From the IMG/VR virus record IMGVR_UViG_3300012979_000002, positions 32,001-96,000 of that record: a stretch of DNA of 64,000 nt, one strand, 5' to 3'. The translations under genes and the position numbers were made by a program. The notes below the pieces were generated by a model. It was not told the DNA's origin. It was given only the letters and a program-made list of their open reading frames with translations, and searched no databases. Each line of letters begins with the position of its first letter. The first letter of the stretch is position 1. Origin of the DNA: a virus (taxonomy: Duplodnaviria; Caudoviricetes). Of the stretch, positions 1 through 10,000 are shown piece by piece.

Positions 1-2
1 CC

Positions 3-224
3 GGTCCGAAGGTTAAGCCTGAGGATTATCTTGGGAATAAAATAGTAGGCCTAGTCGCTGTTGGAAATTATACATTTGAGCAGGTGTATAATATGACTAT
101 GCTGCAGTTCAACATGCTCCTGAAGAAATATGTGGACATTCAATCATTTGAATTACGCACAGTATTAAGCCCATATATGAGTTCAGAAGATGGTCAGAAT
201 AGTAACAAATTCTGGCTCGACTAA
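3..224 (+). CDS. 3' end of a phage protein (5'-truncated); possibly tail completion/chaperone-type
   Basis: Open frame from the window edge (GPKVKPEDYLGNKIVGLVAVGNYTFEQVYNMTMLQFNMLLKKYVDIQ...KFWLD*) ending TAA at 224, just before the RBS of the next gene; not in the ORF track. Confidence 0.7.
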   Translation, partial: GPKVKPEDYLGNKIVGLVAVGNYTFEQVYNMTMLQFNMLLKKYVDIQSFELRTVLSPYMSSEDGQNSNKFWLD

Positions 225-245
225 TATTAATTAGGAGGTATTAAA

Positions 246-1220
246 ATGTTAGACATTCAAGGAAGAAAATATGCTTCAGTTACAGTTTGTGACGTTACAT
301 TATATGACTTAGTTACTAAATACCCAGTTATGTATTTCGACACTTTAAAAGTTACTACTTTAGAAGGAACTGCTGAAGTTACAGATATCCAAGGTGGACA
401 AGGTAACGCTACTTTAGCATCAGTATCTCACTCTAAAGCTATCAATGTTACATTCGATGACGCTATCATGACTATGTCAAGTTTAGCTATCTTAACTGGT
501 GGTGAATTAAGAGAAGGTACTAACGATGATAAAATCGTTATGGTTGAAAGTGAATTAGTAAAAGTTGCTGACAAAGCAGAAGAAATCGTTTTATCAAGAA
601 AAGCACGTAAAGGTTCTTACGTTTACGCTGGACAATTAATTAATGGTATCATCAGTACTGTTTCAAGAATTGATGAAGCATTAACTGCAGAAACTGATAA
701 AATTTCTTTAAACGCATTCCACAACTACAAAGAAGATTCTGTTGAAGGAGAAGCTACATTCAGAGTATTCTATGAATACGAAATGGGATTCCCTACAAAA
801 GATGAAGAATTAACTGAAATCACTGTTTTAGCTGACAAATTCGCTGGAACTTACAAATTCATTGGTGATACAGTATTATTCAATCAATTCACTGGATTAA
901 ACGACATTTTCCAAATCGAAATTCCTAAACTTAAATTAGACAGCTCATTCTCATTCAACTTAAACGCTGCTACAGAAGCTGTAGTATTCTCATTCAAAGG
1001 AAAAGCTTTAAGAGATGACGAAGGACAAATGATTAAATTCCGTCAATTAAGAGTAGAAGGAAAATCTGGAGAAGAAACTTATGGACAATTCGATGGTTCA
1101 TTCAAACGTGTACCAGCTAAAGAAGTTACTGTAGACTCTGTAGACGCTAGTCTTAAAGATACAGGAAACACTTATCCATTAAACGAAAACTACGAAGTAG
1201 TTGAAACACCAAGTATCTAA
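246..1220 (+). CDS. Major tail (tube) protein
   Basis: GGAGG RBS; strongly biased codons suggesting high expression; beta-rich; tube-like motifs (YFDTLKVTTLE, GGQGN, KFAGTYKFIGDT, FQIEIPKLKL); upstream of the tape measure and followed by a terminator. Confidence 0.75.
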   Translation: MLDIQGRKYASVTVCDVTLYDLVTKYPVMYFDTLKVTTLEGTAEVTDIQGGQGNATLASVSHSKAINVTFDDAIMTMSSLAILTGGELREGTNDDKIVMVESELVKVADKAEEIVLSRKARKGSYVYAGQLINGIISTVSRIDEALTAETDKISLNAFHNYKEDSVEGEATFRVFYEYEMGFPTKDEELTEITVLADKFAGTYKFIGDTVLFNQFTGLNDIFQIEIPKLKLDSSFSFNLNAATEAVVFSFKGKALRDDEGQMIKFRQLRVEGKSGEETYGQFDGSFKRVPAKEVTVDSVDASLKDTGNTYPLNENYEVVETPSI

Positions 1221-1225
1221 TTATA

Positions 1226-1254
1226 AGAGAGGATTTATCCTCTCTCTTTTTTTT
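1226..1254 (+). terminator. Rho-independent terminator
   Basis: AGAGAGGA-TTTA-TCCTCTCT stem followed by a T-run. Confidence 0.85.
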
Positions 1255-1276
1255 GTTATTTTTTTTCATAAAACTA

Positions 1277-1305
1277 TTGACAAGTTTTTAGTTTTATGTT
1301 ATACT
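1277..1305 (+). promoter_or_regulatory. SigmaA-type promoter with extended -10
   Basis: TTGACA (1277-1282), 17-nt spacer, TATACT (1300-1305), with TG at 1297-1298. Confidence 0.75.
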
Positions 1306-1341
1306 GTTAGTAGTAATAGTGAAGAAATGAACTGTTTTTGC

Positions 1342-1356
1342 TACTATAAATTAGAG
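1342..1356 (+). promoter_or_regulatory. Putative late-promoter motif
   Basis: TACTATAAATTAGAG; one of eight similar copies upstream of late-arm genes. Confidence 0.6.
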
Positions 1357-1371
1357 AGGAGGAACGATAAC

Positions 1372-2163
1372 ATGTTAGAACAATTAAGAATGCAAGAAGT
1401 TTCTCAAATTATTTTTACTATGCCTGAGGGAGCAATTATCCCGGGTAAAGATTATCATGTTGGAGAACCGGTTATGATTATTGATAACCCTTCACTTTCA
1501 ACTTTATCTTTCTTATCAAGACCAGTTACTGCTGAAGACAACCAAGGACATATTGGTACAGCTGGAATTACTAAGAACCTAGAATTCATTATTAATGATG
1601 GGGCTATCTTATATTCTTTATGGTCTTATGTGTATGGTTATGATAATGGGAAACCTAGCAAAGAACCTTTTTTACGAGGTAATGAATATATCACTTTACA
1701 GGACGATGGATTTTTACCATTAAAGGTTGAACCTAAAAATCTATTCTTGTATTTAGTTAATGACAACAATAACATTTTAATACCTGGTAATCAATATGAA
1801 GTTTATGCTATTGAAAACGAAGATGGAATAGCAGAACGTTACGCTATCAAATATGACAAAGCAACATCTAAAGATACATTTATGGCGTTCTATGAATATG
1901 CTGTAGAGCCAGTAACAGTATCTAATGTTAAACAAATTCACAACAACATTTTTTGTTCTATGGATGTGTACATTAACGCAGTTGATTTAAAAAATGATGA
2001 CAAACATACAGTTTATATCCATTGTGATAAAGTTCAAATAACAACGGATTTAGTACTTTCAATTAATGATAGTAATAAAGCATCATTCACGCCTATTAAA
2101 GTAAAATCTATCCCAGACGGAGACGGATTTAACAAAGACGTAGCTACTATAGTGGTGATATAA
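1372..2163 (+). CDS. Tail-tube-like paralogue / minor tail protein (start moved from 1201 to 1372)
   Basis: GGAGG RBS before ATG 1372; the longer start would cross a terminator and promoter; segments resemble 246..1220 (GEPVMIIDNPSLSTL vs KYPVMYFDTLKVTTL; FMAFYEY vs FRVFYEY). Confidence 0.55.
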   Translation: MLEQLRMQEVSQIIFTMPEGAIIPGKDYHVGEPVMIIDNPSLSTLSFLSRPVTAEDNQGHIGTAGITKNLEFIINDGAILYSLWSYVYGYDNGKPSKEPFLRGNEYITLQDDGFLPLKVEPKNLFLYLVNDNNNILIPGNQYEVYAIENEDGIAERYAIKYDKATSKDTFMAFYEYAVEPVTVSNVKQIHNNIFCSMDVYINAVDLKNDDKHTVYIHCDKVQITTDLVLSINDSNKASFTPIKVKSIPDGDGFNKDVATIVVI

Positions 2164-2164
2164 T

Positions 2165-2542
2165 ATGGCACACGCTCCAAGATATAGACAGTTATGTTTA
2201 TTCTCTAGTATTCAGAATTATAACCTAACCATTGATAAAACCTTAACCACAAGAAAGTTTGGGCGTAATGGAATACTATATGAATGGATTTTACCTTATG
2301 GTGCGAATCCAAACAATTATTATAAAGAGGCTGTTGATGTTAAATCTATCAAAGGAAAAAATTCCAATCCAACAACAAAAAAAGGAAAAGAAGGATATGT
2401 TTATCGTACAGGTATGTACCAGCCGGTAGGAGATAAAAGGTATTTTACATACTACCAATTAAATAAGATGACTAAAAAAGAAAGAGAAGAATGGTACTTC
2501 TTTGTAAATGTCATTAAGGTGTTTTTTAAGGAGCTGTTCTAA
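2165..2542 (+). CDS. Hypothetical basic protein
   Basis: 125-aa ORF tightly packed in the operon; TAATG overlap with the next gene. Confidence 0.6.
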   Translation: MAHAPRYRQLCLFSSIQNYNLTIDKTLTTRKFGRNGILYEWILPYGANPNNYYKEAVDVKSIKGKNSNPTTKKGKEGYVYRTGMYQPVGDKRYFTYYQLNKMTKKEREEWYFFVNVIKVFFKELF

Positions 2543-3408
2543 TGGCAATGGATAAACAAGCAGCAAGAAGGATGCTGGAACAGTTTTTTGACAAACTAAT
2601 TGGAGAATATAAAATACAAGAACGCGACTTTACCCACGCCGTTTTAGGGGATTTATTTTATGAGGCTGCTTGGGACAATGGTTTTGAAGCATATAGAGAC
2701 CGCGTCATGAAAGACCTGCCTGAATTTTTATATCTAACCTTTATAAAATTCAGCCGTGATATAGGTAAAGATGCTCAAGACAGATATACGACCTTTACCG
2801 TAGGAATGAACGACCAGGACTTGGCAAATATGTCTGAGACTGAGGCGTACGGATTAATCTATGAGCGTACTTTAAAAAGTACTTTTGCAACTTTTCAAGA
2901 GAATACGATTAGAATAGGGGCATTTCTGTTGGGTGATACTTTAGAGAAGCTAGGTTTTAAATATAATGCAGATTATAAAGACCTGGCTAATCATGTCGCA
3001 GCACATTTAGAGAAAACTGCTCGTCATATAGACTTTGAGGACATCGCTATGGAGATGAGGCCTGGAGACTTATCTATGTCTATTGAAGGTTCCGTTATGG
3101 GTCTATTAGACATTAAATCTATGAACTTTCAAAGTTTAAAAAGTCTAGAAGACATTTATAGGAATTTACTTAAAAAGGTTCCAGTTAATGATGCGCACGC
3201 GACATATAAAGAGTATCAGCAAGCGTTGGCCAATAGTTTTAAATTTGACACTTCCCTTCCAAGAACATTGGGCTCTAATAATGTATTAATCTTCTTGTTT
3301 AGGGATGAGGCTATATGGGTATCAGAGTTATTAACTAGAGTTAAAGATTTGGTTGTAACTGATTGGCTAGACCGTATTGAAAAAGGAACTATGACTGGCG
3401 GTAAATAA
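2542..3408 (+). CDS. Hypothetical protein
   Basis: 288-aa ORF with AAGGAG RBS, coupled to the upstream gene. Confidence 0.65.
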   Translation: MAMDKQAARRMLEQFFDKLIGEYKIQERDFTHAVLGDLFYEAAWDNGFEAYRDRVMKDLPEFLYLTFIKFSRDIGKDAQDRYTTFTVGMNDQDLANMSETEAYGLIYERTLKSTFATFQENTIRIGAFLLGDTLEKLGFKYNADYKDLANHVAAHLEKTARHIDFEDIAMEMRPGDLSMSIEGSVMGLLDIKSMNFQSLKSLEDIYRNLLKKVPVNDAHATYKEYQQALANSFKFDTSLPRTLGSNNVLIFLFRDEAIWVSELLTRVKDLVVTDWLDRIEKGTMTGGK

Positions 3409-3429
3409 TTAAGGAGGACAAAGAGAGAT

Positions 3430-3972
3430 ATGAAATTAACTTTAAATGAACAATTTAATATTAATTCTGTAGTTGAACAACATAAAATATTAGTTCAAGC
3501 TACAATGTTATTACAAGGGAGAGAAGGAGTTTTAGAAACAGAAAAGGAACTTTATTTAATTTTAGCATTAGTTAATGCTATGGTGAATGAAGACCTAGTT
3601 GAATTATGTAATGACGACAACAGAGATTTAATTACAATTATGGAAGAAGATGTTGAACCATTTTTCTTAGAGCATTTAGGAACTACAATTCCTAGAGAAT
3701 TATATATGGACTTAAGGTTTATGTTACTAAATAGATGTAGAGAAATTTGGGAAAATCAACACTCAGTTATGGGATTAATTGATACTTTATTATTAGCTAT
3801 AGGAAGTTTAAGTGAAGAAGATAAAAAAGAAGCTTTAGTTCAAACAGCACATATAGCTGAAAAGGTATATGAAAACAGAACAGAAAAACTTGAAAAACAA
3901 GGCGAGGAAATGAATGCCAAAATGGCAGAATTAATTAACAAGTATCAAGTGCAAAAAGATAACGCTGAATAA
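3430..3972 (+). CDS. Helical acidic protein, possible tail assembly chaperone
   Basis: AAGGAGG RBS; helical composition; immediately upstream of the tape measure gene. Confidence 0.45.
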   Translation: MKLTLNEQFNINSVVEQHKILVQATMLLQGREGVLETEKELYLILALVNAMVNEDLVELCNDDNRDLITIMEEDVEPFFLEHLGTTIPRELYMDLRFMLLNRCREIWENQHSVMGLIDTLLLAIGSLSEEDKKEALVQTAHIAEKVYENRTEKLEKQGEEMNAKMAELINKYQVQKDNAE

Positions 3973-3987
3973 TAGCGTTATTTTTTT
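3959..3987 (+). terminator. Terminator-like hairpin overlapping the stop codon
   Basis: ATAACGCT-GAATAAT-AGCGTTAT followed by a T-run. Confidence 0.65.
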
Positions 3988-4014
3988 ATGCTTGAAAAGG
4001 AAGGAGGAAGAGAG

Positions 4015-7000
4015 ATGAATAATAAAAGAATTCAAGCACAAATGCAAATAGATGTTTCATTTGTTGGGAAAACAACCAATCTCGTAAAAGATTTACAGTC
4101 TGGCATTAAATCTTTAGACCTTAGCTCCGCTTTAACGAAAAATATAGGGTCTAATCTAAATAAAAGTTTTAAAGACATTTATGCTAACTTAGACCGTATG
4201 GCTGAAGGATTAAGCAAGAAAGGCTTAAGTCCAAAACAATACAACATATTTTTCGATACCATCAATGCGAAGGTAAACGAAACTGCCCAAATTTTTGGCA
4301 ATTTGAAGAAAACATTAGATGATGTTTATAATAGTGAAGAAAACAAGAAAGCGATTAAGGATTTAACAACCTTAAAGAAAGAGCTTGAAGGAATTAATAA
4401 AGTAGTTGCTAATCAAAAGAAACTACAAACAAGGCAAAACACAGCTAAAACAAAAATTAAAGACTTGACTGGTTATGATTATGATGCCATTAAAGGAGAG
4501 TTAAGAAAAATTATTAACCGTCAAGGTACGGGTAAAGATTTAACATCGGGACAAGAAAAATGGTTATATCAAGATTTAAAACTTAGTAAGGAAGAGGCGG
4601 CTGAGGTTTTAAAACTTTTCAAACAAATAGATAGCTTAAGACAGAAAGAATCAGACAATACAAAAGAATTTGGGTCTGACCCTTTTAAGACAAAAATAGA
4701 CACCGAGAAGAAGATAGCTCAATTAGAAAAAACAGCTTATACGGCAGATGCTCACAAACATAACTTGAGTGTGTTTAGACAAGAAGAGCAAGCTCTACAA
4801 GATGTATATAATATTTCGGACACTCTATTAAGTCACTGGAATAGTGAGGTGCCTAGAGCTACACAAGAGGCCAAAGAATTAGCAGAAGCACAAAGTACCA
4901 TTAAAGAGATTTTTGCTCAATTTGGTATTACATTCTCAGCGGCTACACTTGTACGTGGTTTCCAAGACTTAGTAAGAGAAGCATTTAACTTCTATAAAGC
5001 CTTAGACAGTGCTTTAAATGAAATATATGTAGTTAGTAATTTAACTATTAATGAAGTAAATAAATTGCAAACAAGTTTCGTTGACATGGCGAAAACAACA
5101 GGAATGTCTATAGATGACATTACTCGTTCAGCGACTTTATTCTTTCAACAAGGTTTGGATACTGAAGAAGCTATGACCATGACTAAGGTTACTTCTGAGT
5201 TTGCGAAAGTAGCTGGTATAGATGCTACTAGTGCAGCTGACAAATTAACAGCGGCAGTTAATGGTTATTGTTTAGCGGCAGAAGATGCGGCTAGAGTAGC
5301 TGACAAATTTAACAAAGTAGCAGCAGCATCTGCAGCAGACATTGATGAGTTATCAACAGCGTTCTCTAAAGCGGCAGCACAAGCTAACCAAGCCGGAGTA
5401 GGAATGGATAACTACTTAGCATACATAGCAACAATGGTTGAAGCAACACGTGAAGCACCAGAAAACATAGGTACATCATTAAAAACAATCATGTCACGTA
5501 TGCAACAAGTTAAGATGTCAGGAACTACTGAAGATGGAGAAACAGACGTTAACCAAGTAGAAACGGCATTAAAATCAGTTGGAGTAGCTTTAAGAGATGC
5601 TCAAGGTGAATTAAGAAATCTTGAAGATGTATTCGCAGAGTTAGGACCTAAGTGGCAATCATTAGATAGAAATACTCAAGCTTATTTAGGAACTATCATC
5701 GCCGGTACTCGTCAACAATCTCGTTTCATTACATTAATGCAAAACTGGGACCGTGTATTAGACTTAGCAGACCAAAGTGCTAATAGTGCTGGAATGCAAT
5801 CATTGATGCACGCCAAAGCAATGGAAAGCGTAGAATCAAAACTACAACAATTAAATGTAGCTTGGCAAGAATTTGTATCTAACTTAACTGACTCAGGGAC
5901 AATTAAAGTTGTAATAGAATTATTAACAAAATTAGTAGACGCCTTGAACGATGGTACAAAACCTTTAATGTTAATAAGTGGTATTGTAGGATTATTAGGG
6001 CCTAAGATTGCTAAGTTAAATAAACCGTTAGGAAATATGGTTAAACATATGAAAGACGGAATAAAAGGAGTAGCTGCTTCCGTTAAGGGAGTAATTACTA
6101 AGAAGGGAGTTCAAGACAACCCTGCATATTTTACATCTGAAGCAGAGAAGAACTTTGCTATGGCTGACATTAAAATGCAAGTAGATGCCAATAGACAATT
6201 ACAAACTAGAATGCAAATGCGTTATGACGAACTTAAACTACAAGGGTATACAATAGATAATAACCAAGAGATGGTTGAGTTAGAATGCATGATTAATAAA
6301 GCCAAAGAAGATGGTGTAAAACTATCGACTAAACAAATGGAAATTTCCAACAAAGAGGTTATGACTAAAAAACAAGCAATGCAAAACGCTATTATGGCTT
6401 TTGAAGTTGCAGCTCAATCTATTTCTATGATGTTGTCAGAAGTAGATGAAGCAGCAGCTGGAGCTGTATCTGGAGTGAGTGGAGTAGTTGCTGGAGTTGG
6501 TAAGATAGCCACTGGAGATATTGTTGGAGGTACTATTTCCACTATAATGGGTGTTATTCAATTAGTTGAAACATTTAAAGATTGGGATGAAAAGATGGCC
6601 AACAAATTGTCAGAAGCAGCTAATAATATTAATCAGGCTGCCACTGAATTGAGTAATACTAAAACACAAATTAATTCTACTAATGAGTTGTTAGACAGAT
6701 ATGATGAGTTACAAAACAAAATCTATCGTACAGCAGCAGAGCAAGAAGAATTAAATGACATAGCTCAACAAATGGCAGACTCTTTTGATAGTGTTGAAGC
6801 CATTACAGACGCGTATGGTAATTTAACCATTAATGTAGCTAATGCTCGTCAAGAGTTAGCTAATTTACAAGAACAATACAATGAACAATTTGAAGATTTG
6901 AATAAAACAGAAAAAGACAGTGTGTTAGATGCTACTTCTGGTTTAGGTAACACCAATACTTTAACAGAGGCTTACGAGAAGGTATGGTCTACTAATAGAG

Positions 7001-10000
7001 GTACATATCGTGGTATGCTAAAAGGAGTAAAAGATGGTCTAACAGACGAAAGTCGTAATGTATCAAAAGCTGTTGCGCAGGAGTTTAGTGAAAACCTAAA
7101 AGACGCCATTACCGATGAGGTAGAACACAATAGTTTAAAATACGGACATAAAGGATTATTAACTTCAATGGTAGATTTAGAAGAAGGAGTCACAGGAGAC
7201 CTTGAGAGCGAAGATTGGAATGAATTATACAATCAAATGAATGTTCTAGAACAAAACCTAGGGGATATGACTTTTGCTCAAGTACAAGAAAGTTTAGATA
7301 ATTTCTATAATAGCTGGTCAGGTAAAAATCAAACTACGTTAGAAGAGTGGCAGTTATTAAAAGATACTATTAATGGTACGTTGTATGATAATTCATCATT
7401 ATTACAATTTTATAAATCTACTGAAGAAACCATGAACAAATTAACAGACGATGACACTAAAGATATTTTAAAGGCGATGGATAATGTTATTAAGGAAGGC
7501 GCCGAATATCAAGTCACTAAGGCTGGATACATGGCAGGTGGAGCTGCTATTGGGGCTGGAGTTGGTGCTGCCGGTGGAGCTATCGGTGGAGCCATCGGAA
7601 CCTTTGGTGCAGGAGCGGTGCCAGCAGCTATAGCCGGGGCTAAAATAGGAGCTGGTGTAGGAGCGGCCGGAGGAGCGATAGCTGCATATTTCTCTAAAGA
7701 CGCTAAAGAATACCGTTTAGCAAAGAAAGAGTTAAAAGAAATTATCAAAGAAAATGAAGAAACTTTAAAACAAATAATGGAATCCAACAAAAACTTAAAG
7801 ACTGAGGAAGACGCGCTTAAATGGGTATATGCTCAAAATCAAGTGGCTGAGGCTTTAAAGAATACAACTCAAGAAACACAAAACTATTTGTCTGGTTTAG
7901 AGTCTTTATATGATATGTCAGGATTAGACGCAGAGCAAGCTGCTCAGTTCTCAACCGATTTACAATCAGCTTTAAGCCAAATTGAATTAGGTGGAACAGA
8001 CGCTGAAAAATATAATTATTTAGCTAAATGGTACGAAGAAAACCAAGATTCAATGACCGAAGAAATGAGAGAACATTGGCAAGAAATTTTAGACGATGCC
8101 TTCGATGGTTTAAAAATAACTGGACGAATGACTTTCTCACAAATTGGTAATGAATTAAAATCTATTAGCACCGACTTACAATCAATTAATAAATTAACTG
8201 CTGATTTCACTAAGAATGGCGGAATGGCATTAGATAGCTTTATTGAATTAGCTGGTATATTAGATGACATTAGCGCTGGAATAGGAGATTTGGGTCAATT
8301 ACCAGATGGAGCAAAATATGTAGATGAATACATAGATGCGATTGACCAATTAAATTTAGCTTATGATGCTAATACAGGTTATATCACAATGAATGGTGAT
8401 TCATTACAAACTCTACAAAAAATACAAGAAATACAAACTAAAGCAAAAATCGCTGGTATGATAGCAGATTTAAAAGCTAGTCGTGCTACTACAGAAACTG
8501 AGTTAGCATATATAGATGCTCAAATTGCAGCAACAGATGCCGCTATTGAAATGCTAGGAGCAGAAGCTGGTACAAAAATTACACAGTCTCAATTAATGAG
8601 CCAAGCTGATGCTGAATACATGAATGTGTTTGATTCTAAGATGGCCGACATCACAGCAGGATATAAAAACGATGTAACAAACAACAGTGAATGGGCAACC
8701 ACTATTTTAAATAATATAGGTGCGGTAAGTGCTGGATGGAATAAATATTTTACAGGTATTAGAGATGGTTCAGAAATACCTTTAGATGAGATTTATGGCA
8801 AAGCTGATACTGTATTAGATGGAAAGGACCACAAGTGGGAAGCCTCTTATGGAACTTCAGGTATCGATTGGAAATCTTATAGCGGTACTTTAACTACAGG
8901 GTCTGAGGAAGCAAACAGATTAAAAGCTGAACTAGAAGAGTATCGTACAAAACTAGTTAACACTCGTAAAGAGTATCAAGCTACCCTAGATACTACTAAT
9001 GCACAAATCAAAATGTTAGAAGGCATGATGGGTATGGATTTATCTAAATTAGGTTTAGATGGAGCCGTTGAAGAATTAGATAAATACATTGGAAAATTAC
9101 AAGAAATCTATAACATCTTAAATCGTATCCAAAACTTAGAACATCGCTTAAGTACTCTAGATACTTATTCAGAAATAGCGGTTGGAGAAGACTATGGTAA
9201 GTACTATAAAGAAAGATTAAAATACACCGAAGAGTTGAGTGACCAATACAAGTTCTTAGTAACAGAGCAAAAGAAATTCACTAACGGTTATATGGAATTT
9301 ATAGAGAACAGTGCCGTAGGAGACGTATTTGATTTTGACGAATTTGGTCAAATTATTATTGACTTTGAAAAGTATAACGCTTTACAAGATACAGCAGCTG
9401 ATGGTGAGAAGTCATTAAAAGAACAAGCTGATGAATTGTATGAAACTTACACTGGTATGTATGAGGAATTACAAGGATACTTTGATGAGTATATAACTTA
9501 CTTACAAAAAGCTATTGACTTACACCAAGAAGCGATTGACTCTTATGTAGAAGTAGAAAACACTATGGCAGATGCTATTAAAGAAATCTACCAAAAAATA
9601 CTAGATACTAAGTTAGAGGCAATTGACAAAGAAAAAGAAGCTCTAGAAGAATTAAAAGAAGCTAGAGAGCAAGCAAGAAAAGACCAAGAAAATGCTAAAG
9701 AAATTAGTGGATTACAAACTAACATCCAACGTGCGATGATGGATACATCAGGAGCTTCAGACATAGCATTCATAAAAGCTCAACAAGATATGACAGATAA
9801 ATTGGAAGCTATAGCTGATGACAAATACGCAGAAGAACTAGATAATATTATAAATCGTCTAGAAGAAGAGAAAGACACTCTACAACATAATTTTGATGAA
9901 ATGTTTGAAAACACTGATTGGCTATTCGGTTTCATTGAAGAAAACATCATGAACGACGAAGCTAAGATACAACAAATCTTAGAACAAACCGACAATTGGC

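Noticed and set aside
1201-1371. ORF-track N-terminal extension of 1201..2163 (similarly the 3988, 48109, 51771 and 59699 starts)
   Set aside because: The extensions run through terminator, promoter or neighbouring gene sequence, and better RBS-backed starts exist downstream.
3815-3860. Programmed -1 frameshift in the putative tail chaperone at TAAAAAAG
   Set aside because: The -1 frame stops at a TGA within about ten codons, and there is no separate downstream chaperone ORF before the TMP.
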